A stretch of DNA of 64,000 nucleotides, from positions 64,001-128,000 of the forward strand of contig CAWIIV010000011.1 in NCBI GenBank assembly GCA_963836205.1, written 5' to 3'. A program made the translations under genes and the position numbers. This document shows, piece by piece, positions 1 through 9,836 of the stretch (position 1 is its first letter; each line of letters starts with the position of its first letter). The notes beneath the pieces are model-generated. The model was not told where the DNA came from and searched no databases. It worked only from the letters and a program-made list of their open reading frames with translations. Origin of the DNA: an uncultured Acidimicrobiia bacterium. Its GTDB lineage: Bacteria > Actinomycetota > Acidimicrobiia > Acidimicrobiales > AC-14.

Positions 1-225
1 GCCGACGACGCCGACGACGCGGCGGAGGCGATCGAGGACCGGTCGATGCCCCCCGACCGCTACGTCCGCCTCCACCCCGGCGCCCGCCTGTCGGCCGAGG
101 AGCGGCGGGCGCTGGTCGCGGCCCTGCAGGCGATGGACGGGGCCGACGGCGGCGGCGGCGGGGGGAACAGCGGCCCCGGCGGGGGGAACAGCGGCCCCGG
201 CGGGGGGAACCGCGGCCCCGGTTAG
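1..225 (+). CDS. Partial (3' end) heme-binding-domain protein with Gly-rich GGGNSGP tail
   Basis: Frame 1 reads ...IEDRSMPPDRYVRLHPGARLSAEERRALV, resembling the MPPxxYxxxHPxAxLS motif of Haem_bd proteins; TAG at 223-225; 21-nt repeat x3 at the end. Confidence 0.55.
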   Translation, partial: ADDADDAAEAIEDRSMPPDRYVRLHPGARLSAEERRALVAALQAMDGADGGGGGGNSGPGGGNSGPGGGNRGPG

Positions 226-599
226 AAGGTCACGATGGTGATGGTCCCGCCGACGAACAGCAGTCCGCTCAGGCCGAACAGCACGCCCAGCACCAGCCGG
301 CGCAGGCCCGGGCGGCGGACGTAGTCGCCGACGATCCAGCGCAGGCCGTTGAGGCCGTGGGCCAGGGCCAGGGCCAGCAGCAGCCAGTCGAAGATCCGCC
401 ACAGCGGGTTCCCCCACCGGTCGGCCACGAAGTCGTAGTCGGTGTCGACGACGTCGTTGACGATATGGGTCACCGAGAAGTGAACGAGGGCGAGGAACAC
501 CAGGGCCAGTCCCGACAGGCGCATGAAGATCCACGACCACGTCTCGAGGTTGCGCTCCCGGCGGGGCGGCGCCGGCGACGGCTGCTCAGTGACGGTCAC
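222..599 (-). CDS. sdhD: Succinate dehydrogenase hydrophobic anchor subunit
   Basis: WIFMRLSG...LVH...HGLNGLR motifs; GTG overlaps the sdhC stop. Confidence 0.85.
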   Translation of the reverse strand: MTVTEQPSPAPPRRERNLETWSWIFMRLSGLALVFLALVHFSVTHIVNDVVDTDYDFVADRWGNPLWRIFDWLLLALALAHGLNGLRWIVGDYVRRPGLRRLVLGVLFGLSGLLFVGGTITIVTF

Positions 600-1021
600 C
601 CGAACCGCCCCTCGAGAAACGGCTTCATGATGATGAAGGCGCCCGGCAACCCGGCTGCGAGGGTGAGCACGACCACCGCGGTCAGCAGGCGGCGCTCGTT
701 GGCCACCTGTCCCGGGAAGAAGTCGACGACCACGATGCGCAGACCGTTGAGGGTGTGGAACAGCAGGGCGAAGAGCAGTCCCACCTCGAACGAGCGGAGC
801 AGGACGTTGCCGTAGAGGCGGTGGATCTCGTCGTACACGCCCGGCCAGCGGATGGTGGCCACGTCGACGATGTGCAGGAGCAGGAAGAAGAACACGAGGA
901 ACCCGCTCACCCGGTGGCCGACGAACGCCCACTGGCCGCCCTTGCCCTTGTAGACGGTGGCCCCCGACTTCACCTTGCCGCTCACCGGCGCGAGCGCCGC
1001 CGGTACCAACGATCGCTCCAC
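596..1021 (-). CDS. sdhC: Succinate dehydrogenase cytochrome b556 subunit
   Basis: YKGKGGQWAFVGHRVSG...LHIVD...FHTLNGLR. Confidence 0.88.
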   Translation of the reverse strand: MERSLVPAALAPVSGKVKSGATVYKGKGGQWAFVGHRVSGFLVFFFLLLHIVDVATIRWPGVYDEIHRLYGNVLLRSFEVGLLFALLFHTLNGLRIVVVDFFPGQVANERRLLTAVVVLTLAAGLPGAFIIMKPFLEGRFG

Positions 1022-1123
1022 CGGGTGGACGAGACAACGTACAGGCCGAAGCCGGTGATGAGGAGCGTGAGCGTGCCCAACGCGATCGAGAAGGCCAGCT
1101 GCGCCGGGGTCACCCGGTCGAAC

Positions 1124-1954
1124 CTAGTGGCCCGGCACTCCTGTGCGGACGTGGCCGCGGCCGAACAGCACCGACGTGATCCCGAAGGTGGCCGCCGCCA
1201 CCAGCACGATGGTGCCCCCCGGGGCCAGTCCCCAGATGCGGGCCGCGCCCAGCCCGATCACCACTGAGACCACACCGACCACCGCCGACAGCCACAGCGT
1301 CGCACGGAACGACCGGGCGATGGTCTGGGCGGTGGCGACCGGAAGAACCATCAGGGCCGCCACCAGGAGGATGCCGACCACCCGCATGGCGGCCACGACC
1401 GTCACCGCGGCCAAGGCCGCCAGCAGGCTGTTGAGCCCGTCCACCGGCAACCCGCCCACCCGGGACGACTCCTCGTCGAGCACCACCGCGAACAGGGCCC
1501 GCCCGCAGACGACCACCGCGGTCACGATCACCACGCCGAGGATGCCGACGACGAGCACGTCCTGGCGGGTCACGGTGAGGATGCCGCCGAACAGGTAGGT
1601 GAGGATCCCGGCGTTGAACGAGTCGGACAGGCCCACGAGGACCACTCCCGCGGCGATGCCCGAGTAGAGGAACAGGGCCAGGGCCAGGTCGGCCGAGGCC
1701 TTTCCCCGGGAGCGCAGGCGCTCGAGGCTGAGGGCGCCGGTGACGGCCACCACCAGGGCCGCCCACACCGGCCACACGCCCAGGAGGAGCCCGGCCGCCA
1801 CCCCGGCGAAGGCCAGGTGGCCGATCCCGTCGCCGAGCAGCGACAGCCGCCGCTGCACGAGGAACGTCCCGATCAGGGGCGCGCACGCTCCCACCACCAC
1901 GCCCGCCAGCAGGGCCAGCTGCATGTACTCCCGGTCGAAGGGGAACGGGAGCAT
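1124..1954 (-). CDS. znuB: Zn/Mn ABC transporter permease
   Basis: SLLGDGIGHLAFAG and VGILLVAALMVLP motifs; ATGA overlap with the ATPase stop. Confidence 0.85.
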   Translation of the reverse strand: MLPFPFDREYMQLALLAGVVVGACAPLIGTFLVQRRLSLLGDGIGHLAFAGVAAGLLLGVWPVWAALVVAVTGALSLERLRSRGKASADLALALFLYSGIAAGVVLVGLSDSFNAGILTYLFGGILTVTRQDVLVVGILGVVIVTAVVVCGRALFAVVLDEESSRVGGLPVDGLNSLLAALAAVTVVAAMRVVGILLVAALMVLPVATAQTIARSFRATLWLSAVVGVVSVVIGLGAARIWGLAPGGTIVLVAAATFGITSVLFGRGHVRTGVPGH

Positions 1955-2697
1955 CAGCCCAGGCCCTCCAGCCACAGGGGGAGGTCGGCCTGCTCGACCC
2001 CCAGGCGGACACCTGTGCCGGCCAGCTCCGACGGCGGGCCGTCGAAGATGATCCGCTGCTTGAGGACGAGCACCCGGTCGAGGACGTGGGCCACCGAGCC
2101 CAGCTCGTGGGAAACGAGGAGGACCCCGGCACCGTGCTCGTCGACCAGGTGGGTGAGGGAGTCGGCGAAGCGCTTCTGCGACTCGGCGTCGACGCCCGCC
2201 ACCGGCTCGTCGAGGACGAGCAGCTCGGGCTCGCTGGCCAGGGCCTTGGCGATGAACGAGCGCTGCTGCTGGCCGCCGGACAGCTCGCTCACCGGTCGGT
2301 CACGGAGGTCGAGGAGGGCGACCGCCTCCAAGGCGTGGTCGATGGCGATGCGGTCGGTGGGTCCCATCCGGCCCCGCCAGCCGCTGCGGGCCAGGCGGCC
2401 GGCGGCCACCACCTCCTGCACCGAGGCCGGCACCTCCCGGGCCAGGGCCGGGCGCTGGGGGACGTAACCCAGCCGCCACCGGTCGTGGAGGTCGCGGGGG
2501 TCCTCGCCGAAGACCCGCACCGTCCCCGAGGCGGGCCGCAAGAGGCCGAGGAGCACCCGCAGGAGGGTCGACTTGCCCGAGCCGTTGGGTCCGACCAGGG
2601 CGACGAACTCGCCCGCATCGAGGGAGAACGTGACGCCGTCGAGGACGACGTCGTTCCCGTAGGAGAACGACACGCCCTCGGCGCTCAGGATGGTCAT
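1954..2697 (-). CDS. znuC: Zn/Mn ABC transporter ATP-binding protein
   Basis: GPNGSGKST, LSGGQQQR, LDEP, GYVPQ. Confidence 0.88.
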   Translation of the reverse strand: MTILSAEGVSFSYGNDVVLDGVTFSLDAGEFVALVGPNGSGKSTLLRVLLGLLRPASGTVRVFGEDPRDLHDRWRLGYVPQRPALAREVPASVQEVVAAGRLARSGWRGRMGPTDRIAIDHALEAVALLDLRDRPVSELSGGQQQRSFIAKALASEPELLVLDEPVAGVDAESQKRFADSLTHLVDEHGAGVLLVSHELGSVAHVLDRVLVLKQRIIFDGPPSELAGTGVRLGVEQADLPLWLEGLG

Positions 2698-2718
2698 GGC
2701 CGTGCTCGCCCTTCCCAG

Positions 2719-2739
2719 GAATGAGAACCATCCTCATTC
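2719..2739. promoter_or_regulatory. Zur/Fur-family operator upstream of znuCB
   Basis: AT-rich palindrome GAATGAGAACCATCCTCATTC; a related copy lies upstream of znuA. Confidence 0.7.
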
Positions 2740-2777
2740 TACGCCGGCGTCGCCGCGCCGCGGCCGTCGATCGGGAC

Positions 2778-3410
2778 TCAGGGGCGGACGCCGGCGAGGA
2801 GCGCCATCTCCCGCCACTTCCAGTGGCAGTCGACGTCGTCGAAGCCGATCGCCCGCAACCACCGGAGCTGGTCCTCGACCGGCGCCAGCAGGTTGGACGG
2901 GTCGTCGTTGTCGGGATCGGCACCGACCGCGACGAGGAAGCGGTTGTGCAGGCGCTCCGTCGGTGAGGCCACGTGCTCCAGGTTGAGGAACGCCCCTCCC
3001 GGCCGCAGGAGCCCGAAGATCTCCTGGTAGAGGGCCTGCTTGCGTCCGTCGTCGACATGGTGGATGGCGAAGCTGGAGACCACCGCGTCGAAGGGCCCGC
3101 CGAGGTCGGGAAGGGCCTGGTCGAGGTCGTGGGCCAGGACGTCGACCCCGTCTACATCGTGGAAGCGGGCGGTGGCGGCCGCCAGCATGACCGGGGAGAA
3201 GTCCACCGCGATTCCGCCGGCGCCCGGGTGGGCGGCCCGTACGAGCGCCAGCAGCCGTCCGTCACCACAACCCAGGTCGAGCACCCGTTCGACCGTCGTG
3301 GGGAGCAGGTCGAGGAGCTCGGCCTCGCCTTCGTCCCGGTGGGGGATGGAGTCGGCCCGGGTGAGGTACCAGAGGGCGTGCTCGTCGGTGGGCCACAAGT
3401 TCTCCGCCAT
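2778..3410 (-). CDS. Class I SAM-dependent methyltransferase
   Basis: VLDLGCGDG, FDAVVSSFAIHH, LRPGG. Confidence 0.85.
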   Translation of the reverse strand: MAENLWPTDEHALWYLTRADSIPHRDEGEAELLDLLPTTVERVLDLGCGDGRLLALVRAAHPGAGGIAVDFSPVMLAAATARFHDVDGVDVLAHDLDQALPDLGGPFDAVVSSFAIHHVDDGRKQALYQEIFGLLRPGGAFLNLEHVASPTERLHNRFLVAVGADPDNDDPSNLLAPVEDQLRWLRAIGFDDVDCHWKWREMALLAGVRP

Positions 3411-3453
3411 GGGCGCCACGTTGTCACACCCTTCGGCCAGACTCGGGGGACAT

Positions 3454-3939
3454 ATGGCGACCTGGACCGACGTCGAAGCGGCCGCTCCCGAGCTGGCCGC
3501 CACCGCCCGGCAGCGCTTCGAGGCCCACGGCCTGGGGCTGCTGGCCACCCTCCGCCGCGACGGCTCACCCCGTATCAGCGGCATCGAACCGCTCTTCGCC
3601 CTGGGCGAGCTGTGGCTGGGGATGATGCCCGGCTCGCTCAAGGCGGCCGACGTGCAGCGCGACCCCCGGTTCGCCCTGCACAACGCCACCACCGACAAGA
3701 ACGTCACCGACGGCGACGCCAAGATCTGTGGGACGGTCGTGCTGGTCGACGACGAGGACGAGTTCGCCCGCTTCGTCGAGGCGTTCGCAGCCGCTTCCGG
3801 CTACCCGCCGCCGCCAGGGCCGTTCCCCCTGTTCAAGGCCGACGTCCGGGAGGTGTCGACGGTGAAGCCGGCGGGCGACCACCTCGATATCGAGTCGTGG
3901 CGGGAGGGCCGAGGCGTCAGGAAGGTCGAGCGGAGATAG
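3454..3939 (+). CDS. Pyridoxamine 5'-phosphate oxidase-like (split-barrel flavin/F420-binding) protein
   Basis: LATLRRDGSPRISGIE...K..D..RDPRFALH. Confidence 0.8.
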   Translation: MATWTDVEAAAPELAATARQRFEAHGLGLLATLRRDGSPRISGIEPLFALGELWLGMMPGSLKAADVQRDPRFALHNATTDKNVTDGDAKICGTVVLVDDEDEFARFVEAFAAASGYPPPPGPFPLFKADVREVSTVKPAGDHLDIESWREGRGVRKVERR

Positions 3940-5230
3940 CCGTCGCCCCGCCGAAAGAGGGCTGGAGGGCGGGCGGCAGGGCGATCGATCCGTCGGGTTG
4001 GCGGTGGGTCTCGACGACCGCGGCCCACACCCGGGGGACGGCGAGGGCGGAGCCGTTGAGGGTGTTGGCCACGACGGTGCCGGCGCCGTGGGCGCCGCCG
4101 CCGGTGCCGGGCGCCGGGCGGTAGCGGATGTTGGCCCGCCGGGCCTGGTAGTCGGAGAACCACGACACCGACGACGCCTCCAGCCACATGTCGCAACCGG
4201 GGGCGTAGACCTCGAGGTCGAAGGTGCGGGCCGACGACGCCCCCAGGTCGCCCGCGGCCAGGTCGAGCACCCGGTAGGCGAGGCCGAGGGCGGAGAGCGC
4301 GGCCTCGGCCCGGCGCAGGATGTCGGCGTGGACGTCGGCCGCCTGGGCCTCGGTGGCGTAGGCCAGGATCTCGACCTTGTCGAACTCGTGGACTCGGAGG
4401 AGGCCGCGGGTGTCCCGACCCGCCGACCCTGCCTCCCGCCGGAAGCAGGAGGTATGGGCCATGAGGCGGACCGGGAGGTCGGCCTCGTCGTACACGTGGT
4501 CGCGGCCGAGGGACGTGAGGGGGACCTCGGCGGTGGGGATGGCCCAGAGGTCGTCGCGCTCGAGGTGGTAGGCGTCGTCCTCGAACTTGGGCAGGTGGCC
4601 GGTGGACACCATGGTCTCGGTGCGGACGAGCGTGGGGGGTCTGATCTCCTCGTAGGCGTCGCGGTTGAGGTCGAGGGCGAGCTGGCAGAGTGCTCGTACC
4701 AGGCGGGCGCCCTCGCCCCGGTAGAGGGGGAACATCGAGCCGGACAGGCGGGCGCCGGCCTCGAGGTCGAGGATGCCCAGCTCGGTGCCGATGTCCCAAT
4801 GGGGGACGCGCTGGTGGGAGCCGTAGGCGTCCGCGACGAAGCCCTCGACCCGGACGACTTGGTTGTCGGCCTCGGTCAGCCCGTCGGGGGCGTCGGGCGA
4901 CGGGAGGTTGGGCGTGCGCAAGAGGACGTCCCGCAGCTCGGCCGCCACCGCCGCCGCCTCGGTGTCGACCGTCTTGCTCTCCTCGCCGACCGCCCTGCTC
5001 TCCGCCGCCCGCTCGTCGGCTGTGGCCACGTCGCCCGCCCGCCGGGCCTCGCCGACCTCCTTGGACAGGATCCTGACCCGCGCCCGCAGGTCGTCGGCCG
5101 TCGACTTGAGCATGCGCTCCCGCCGGTCGAGCTCGGCCAGCCGGTCGACCTCCTCGGCCGGGACGCCGCGCCGTCCGAGGGCGGCCTTGACCCCGTCGAG
5201 GTCGGTGCGCAGCCGGCGGGCGTCGATCAC
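3917..5230 (-). CDS. serS: Serine--tRNA ligase
   Basis: N-terminal coiled coil, IPTAEVP, CFRREAGS, GLLRVHEFDKVE, TLNGSALA. Confidence 0.97.
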   Translation of the reverse strand: MIDARRLRTDLDGVKAALGRRGVPAEEVDRLAELDRRERMLKSTADDLRARVRILSKEVGEARRAGDVATADERAAESRAVGEESKTVDTEAAAVAAELRDVLLRTPNLPSPDAPDGLTEADNQVVRVEGFVADAYGSHQRVPHWDIGTELGILDLEAGARLSGSMFPLYRGEGARLVRALCQLALDLNRDAYEEIRPPTLVRTETMVSTGHLPKFEDDAYHLERDDLWAIPTAEVPLTSLGRDHVYDEADLPVRLMAHTSCFRREAGSAGRDTRGLLRVHEFDKVEILAYATEAQAADVHADILRRAEAALSALGLAYRVLDLAAGDLGASSARTFDLEVYAPGCDMWLEASSVSWFSDYQARRANIRYRPAPGTGGGAHGAGTVVANTLNGSALAVPRVWAAVVETHRQPDGSIALPPALQPSFGGATAISARPS

Positions 5231-5306
5231 CCACGGGACCGTAGCGTCCGCAGGCCTGAGCCCCCGACGCCCCCGCCCAACCGGTGACGGCAGGTTCCGA
5301 CCCAGG

Positions 5307-5427
5307 CAACTGGTGACACTTTTCGGGGCCCTGGCAACCGAAAACGTCACCGGTTCGCAACGCCCGTCCAACCGGTGACACTTTTCGGGGCCCTGGCGAC
5401 CGAAAACGTCACCGGTTCGCTACGCCC
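5307..5427. repeat. Two 62-bp copies of a REP-like imperfect palindrome
   Basis: CAAC(T/C)GGTGACACTTTTCGGGGCCCTGGC(A/G)ACCGAAAACGTCACCGGTTCGC at 5307 and 5369; same family as 17696-18048. Confidence 0.85.
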
Positions 5428-5445
5428 GGCGGGCCGGGTCGGCGG

Positions 5446-5874
5446 CTACGGCCAGGGCCAGAGGCCGGCGCCTTTGACGGCCGCGACGACGTCGGCGTCC
5501 TCGCCTTTCGCGATGCGGCGGGCGGCCGGGTGCTCGCCTTCGGCCAGCCACTCCGGCTCCGAGAGTCCCCGGGCCAGGGCGTTGGCCACGCCGCCGGCCA
5601 GCTGCCACGCCCGGGGCCGGAGCTTGGCCTCCTGGGCCTTGCGCACCGCCGCCTCCTCCATCCGCCGGGCCTTCGACGCCACGTCGACCTCGTCGAGGAT
5701 CCACGCCTCGACCACGTCACCCGTCCACACCGGGCCGATGGTGAGGACTGTGGGCGGCGGCAACCGGCCCTCGTCCATCCACTTGGTGACCTCGTCCGGC
5801 GTCTTGTCGATGCGCGCGGCCAGCTCCACGATCCCGTAGGCCGGCGGCGGCGCGGACGGCCCGTCTGTCGTCAT
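5446..5874 (-). CDS. Hypothetical protein with AlpA/MerR-like HTH N-terminus
   Basis: GIVELAARI...W...GRLPPP...GPVW...VEAW; TAGCCT-N6-ATG leaderless-type start. Confidence 0.55.
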   Translation of the reverse strand: MTTDGPSAPPPAYGIVELAARIDKTPDEVTKWMDEGRLPPPTVLTIGPVWTGDVVEAWILDEVDVASKARRMEEAAVRKAQEAKLRPRAWQLAGGVANALARGLSEPEWLAEGEHPAARRIAKGEDADVVAAVKGAGLWPWP

Positions 5875-5883
5875 ACGTGCAGG

Positions 5884-7221
5884 CTACGCCCGTTCCCGGC
5901 CGGCCAGACCCTCCGGACCGGCCTCGATCCAGGCCCGGACGGTCCGGAACGCATCGGTCGCCCGGATGAGGTCGAAGTTGGGGTCGGCGTCGAGCACCTC
6001 GGTGTCGCGCCAGCCCAGTTCGACCGCCTTGTGCAGCCACGACAGGGCCTCCTGGGCGTCGCCCGCGCACGCCCAGCTGCAGGCGACGTTGTAGGCCACC
6101 ACGCCGGCCGGCGCCCGCCGGAAGAGCACCTCGCCCACCCGGGACGCCTCCCGGAACAGGTCGGAGTGGTGCAGGCCGAGCTGGAGGGCCCGCAGGGCGG
6201 TGACGGCCTGGCCCTCGGGCAGGGCGGCCACGTCCTCCAGGAGCTGGTCGAGGACGTCGTGCTCGACGACGACGCGCGCCGCCACCACCGCCCCCACCGA
6301 GTCCTCGCAGGTGCCGTAGGCGACGGCCAGCGACGGGGCCGGACGGCCGGCGGCCAGCTCGACCGAGGTGCGGACAAGGTGGCTGGCGGTGACTCCGCCC
6401 CCCAGCCGGTGGAGGGCGGCCTCGGCGTCGGCCGGCTGGCCCGCGGCCAGGTGGGACCAGGCCAGGAGCTCCATGCCCGCGGTCTGGACCCGCGCCGACG
6501 TCCGTCCCGCGGTGACCTCGCGGGCCACCTCGGCCGCGGCGACGGGGTCGCCCGCGAGGAGCGCGGCCCGCCCCTCGTTGATGCGCAGCAGGGCGGGGTG
6601 GTCGCGGGCCCGGGCCAGCACCTGCCAGTTCTGGAACCCGAAGAAGGCGGCGATCATGGCCACGTACGGCTCCTTGACCATGATGCCCACCACCGCCAGG
6701 GCCGCGGCCGCCACCAGCGAGACCACCCGGGCCGCCCGTTGGCCGCCGCCGCCGGTGGCCTGCTCCAGGGCCGATGCCATCACGTTGCCGCCGTCGAGGG
6801 GGAGGATCGGCAGGAGATTGAAGACACCCCAGGCCATGGTGACGAAGATCAGGTCCGAGAACGCACTGCGCAGCAGCTCCGAGTCGGTGCCGACCGACCG
6901 GTACAGCCAGATGCCCACCGCCCCCGCGGCGAACCCGGTGAGGGGACCGGCCAGGCTGACCACCATCGACCGGCGGGGAGGCTGGACCGCCCCGGTGGTG
7001 TAGCCGCCGAAGCCGTGGAGGGTGATCTCGGCGTCCGAGCCGAAGCGGCGGAAGGCGAGGGCGTGACCCAGCTCGTGGACGAGGATGCCGAACCCGGCCA
7101 CCACGATCCATTCGACGACGAACAGTCCCTCACGGCCGCCGGCCAGGCCGAACATGCCCATGATCAGGAAGAACAACGGCTCGACCCGGACCGGGAAGCC
7201 CAGGGCGCGAAAGCGGAGCAC
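5884..7221 (-). CDS. Site-2 (M50) membrane metalloprotease with C-terminal TPR region
   Basis: HELGH, LAGP, NLLPILPLDGG; C-terminal YNVACSWA...DPNF. Confidence 0.85.
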   Translation of the reverse strand: MLRFRALGFPVRVEPLFFLIMGMFGLAGGREGLFVVEWIVVAGFGILVHELGHALAFRRFGSDAEITLHGFGGYTTGAVQPPRRSMVVSLAGPLTGFAAGAVGIWLYRSVGTDSELLRSAFSDLIFVTMAWGVFNLLPILPLDGGNVMASALEQATGGGGQRAARVVSLVAAAALAVVGIMVKEPYVAMIAAFFGFQNWQVLARARDHPALLRINEGRAALLAGDPVAAAEVAREVTAGRTSARVQTAGMELLAWSHLAAGQPADAEAALHRLGGGVTASHLVRTSVELAAGRPAPSLAVAYGTCEDSVGAVVAARVVVEHDVLDQLLEDVAALPEGQAVTALRALQLGLHHSDLFREASRVGEVLFRRAPAGVVAYNVACSWACAGDAQEALSWLHKAVELGWRDTEVLDADPNFDLIRATDAFRTVRAWIEAGPEGLAGRERA

Positions 7222-7288
7222 AGGTGCAGGGTAAACGGGTGGCCGTGGCTGCGGAGGGTGATGCGGGTGACGCGCTAACCTCCGCATC

Positions 7289-7546
7289 ATGCGCACCACG
7301 GTGTCGATCGACGACGAGTTGCTCGGGGCGGCCAAGCGGCGCGCCCGTGAGCGGGGTCAGACGCTGGGCCAGGTGGTGGAGACCGCCCTCCGGAGGGAAC
7401 TGGCCGAGCCGGTCGTCGCCGGGTCGCTGACGCCCATCCCGGTGTTCACGGGGGGCGGCGGGCCGAGGCCCGGACTCGACCTGACGTCGAACCGGGCGTT
7501 GCACGAGGCGCTCGACGACGGCGTCGACCTCGACCGTCTGCGCTGA
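7289..7546 (+). CDS. vapB: VapB-type RHH antitoxin
   Basis: [12 protein letters not shown]...AKRRA; precedes a PIN gene. Confidence 0.8.
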   Translation: MRTTVSIDDELLGAAKRRARERGQTLGQVVETALRRELAEPVVAGSLTPIPVFTGGGGPRPGLDLTSNRALHEALDDGVDLDRLR

Positions 7547-7547
7547 C

Positions 7548-7979
7548 GTGCTCCTCGTCCTCGACGTCAACGTCGTCCTCGCCGCCCACCGCCAGGACCA
7601 TCCCTCCCACGGGTCCGTTCGCCCCTGGTTCGACGCGGTCGTGGCCGGCGACGACGATTTCGCGGTTCCGGACGGGGTCTGGGCCTCGTTCCTCCGCCTC
7701 GCCACCAACCGCCGCATCTTCGTCGTGCCGACCCCGCTCGCCGACGCGTTCCTCTTCCTCGACGCGACCATCGCCCAGCCCCGCCACCTTCGTCTGGGGC
7801 CCGGCCCTCGCCATCCGGCCCTCGTCCGCCGGCTCTGCGAGGAGGCCGAGGCCACCGGCGACCTCGTCCCCGACGCCGTGCTCGGCGCGATCGCGGTCGA
7901 GCACGGGGCCACCGTCGCGACGCTCGATCGCGACTTCGCCCGGTTCCCGTCCGTCGCCCACGTCCGTCCCGGGCGCTGA
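7548..7979 (+). CDS. vapC: VapC PIN-domain toxin
   Basis: [26 protein letters not shown]. Confidence 0.88.
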   Translation: MLLVLDVNVVLAAHRQDHPSHGSVRPWFDAVVAGDDDFAVPDGVWASFLRLATNRRIFVVPTPLADAFLFLDATIAQPRHLRLGPGPRHPALVRRLCEEAEATGDLVPDAVLGAIAVEHGATVATLDRDFARFPSVAHVRPGR

Positions 7980-7988
7980 ACGCCGGAA

Positions 7989-8867
7989 TCAGCCCCGGCG
8001 GCAGCCGAGTGCGGTTTGCAGGGTGGCCAGGTTCTGGCGCATGAGCGAGAAGTAGTCGTCCTCGCCCTCGTTCTCCACGCCCTCGATGGTGTTCAGCACG
8101 GCCGTCGTCACCCCGGCCTCCCGGGCCAGGGTCTCCGCCACCTCGGGCGAGACCAGCTCCTCGGTGAAGATGGTGGTCACCCCCCGGCTCCTCACCAGGT
8201 CGGCCAGCTCGGCCAGGCGGCGGGGGTCGGGCTCGGCGTCGGGGGACAGGCCGGAGATGGCTACCTCCTCCAGGCCGTACCGGCGGACCAGGTAGCCGAA
8301 CGCCTGGTGGCTGGTGACGATGAGGCGGGAATCGCACTCGGCCAGGCCGGACCGGAGCTCGGCGTCGAGCTCGTCCAGCCGCCGGCGGTAGTCGTCGGCC
8401 CCCGCCCGGTAGGTGTCGGCATGGGCGGGGTCGACCTCGATCAGGGCCGCCTCGATCCCGTCGGCCACCTCGCCGAACACCACCGGGTCGAGCCACACGT
8501 GGGGGTCGTCCGCCTCCGCGCCGTCCAGGTCAGCCCGGAGGTCGACCGCGTTGGGTGTGAGCCGGGCCGCGTCCTCCACCGCCGGTTGAAAGCCGCCGCC
8601 CAGGTAGAACATGAGGTCGGCCGAGGCGATCCGGTCGAGCTGGCGGGGGTTGAGCTCGATGTCGTGGGGCTCGACGCCGGCCGGCGTGAGGTTGGCGACG
8701 TCGACCTGCTCACCGCCGACACCCCGGGTGGCATCGACCAGGGGGTAGAAGCTGGCCACCACCGACAGCCGCCCGTCGCCCGAGGACCCCGAGCCGCGCT
8801 CACCGCCGCACCCGCCCAACAGGACGGCGAGGGAGACGATGACGCCGACCGCCTGTGTTCTGCGCAT
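7989..8867 (-). CDS. znuA: Metal (Zn) ABC substrate-binding lipoprotein
   Basis: Lipobox LLGGC, EPHD, DPHVWLDP, SHQAFGY; TACCGT-N7-ATG. Confidence 0.88.
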   Translation of the reverse strand: MRRTQAVGVIVSLAVLLGGCGGERGSGSSGDGRLSVVASFYPLVDATRGVGGEQVDVANLTPAGVEPHDIELNPRQLDRIASADLMFYLGGGFQPAVEDAARLTPNAVDLRADLDGAEADDPHVWLDPVVFGEVADGIEAALIEVDPAHADTYRAGADDYRRRLDELDAELRSGLAECDSRLIVTSHQAFGYLVRRYGLEEVAISGLSPDAEPDPRRLAELADLVRSRGVTTIFTEELVSPEVAETLAREAGVTTAVLNTIEGVENEGEDDYFSLMRQNLATLQTALGCRRG

Positions 8868-8887
8868 GCCCGGCACGGTACCACGGT

Positions 8888-8907
8888 GATGGGAATGATT
8901 CTCATTC
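8888..8907. promoter_or_regulatory. Zur/Fur-family operator upstream of znuA
   Basis: GATGGGAATGATTCTCATTC, similar to the reverse complement of the znuC box. Confidence 0.7.
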
Positions 8908-8927
8908 GCTACCCGGGTCGAGCGACT

Positions 8928-9836
8928 CTAGGGCGGCGGCGGTTCCACCTTGGGGGCCGGTCCGAGGCGGGCCAGTTCCCGCTCCACGTCGTCCCAGAGC
9001 AGGAGGCCGTCGGCCTCGCCGTACTCCTTCTGGCTCGACTCCTCCCGGGAGTACCAGCGGAAGAAGATCACCGCGATCACGATCCACAGGTAGAACCCGG
9101 CCCCCACCTTCATGATCAGGCCCGCGAACAACTGGTCGTTGAGGGCCGAGATGTCCCACAGCCGGGGGAACGTCTCGTAGATCGGGTAAAGCGGCTTCTT
9201 GCCGAAGGTGAGGAAGGAGGCCGGCACCGTCGGGACCACCGTCTGGAGGAACAGGTAGAGCATCTGCACCGGCGGTTTCAACCGGGGGACCTCGGGCAGG
9301 GGGCTCAACACCGGGAACCACATGAGCACGGCCGAGGTCAGCAGCACCGCGTGGGCGATGAAATGCAGCGGGTGGTGGACCACCGTGGCCTCCACCACCG
9401 CCGGCCAGTGGCTCAGGACGAGGATCAGGTTGGCCTGGAACAGGGCGAGCGCGGGCTTGGAGAAGGCCCGCACGATCTTGAGCAGCCCCGGCGGGCTGAG
9501 CAGCCGCCGCATGAGCCAGCCGGGCGTTCCCAGCAGGAGCAGGGGCGCCACCACCAGCGTGAGCGTGAGGTGCTGGGCCATGTGGGCGCTGTAGAGGTAG
9601 CCCTCGGCCAGGTCGTGCACCGGCCAGTCGGAGACACCCCACATGACGGCCATCCCCAGGCCGAAGGCCCACAGCTGGCCGCGGGTGGCGACGGCCTCAG
9701 CGCCAGGTCCCCGGCGGGCCCGCTCCCGCCGCAGGGCGACGAGGTAGCCGAGGATGATGAGGGAGAAGAGCGCCCAGCTGTCGAAGTGGGCGTGCCAGGC
9801 GGGGAAGGGGACGGCCGCAGCCGCTATCGGTGCCAA
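8928..9836 (-). CDS. ctaG: caa3-type cytochrome c oxidase assembly factor
   Basis: YLYSAHMAQHL...APLLLLG...DQLFAGLIMK. Confidence 0.88.
   Translation of the reverse strand: MAPIAAAAVPFPAWHAHFDSWALFSLIILGYLVALRRERARRGPGAEAVATRGQLWAFGLGMAVMWGVSDWPVHDLAEGYLYSAHMAQHLTLTLVVAPLLLLGTPGWLMRRLLSPPGLLKIVRAFSKPALALFQANLILVLSHWPAVVEATVVHHPLHFIAHAVLLTSAVLMWFPVLSPLPEVPRLKPPVQMLYLFLQTVVPTVPASFLTFGKKPLYPIYETFPRLWDISALNDQLFAGLIMKVGAGFYLWIVIAVIFFRWYSREESSQKEYGEADGLLLWDDVERELARLGPAPKVEPPPP

Noticed and set aside
5240-5440. T-box riboswitch upstream of serS
   Set aside because: No T-box consensus seen; the region is the REP-like repeat and serS appears leaderless
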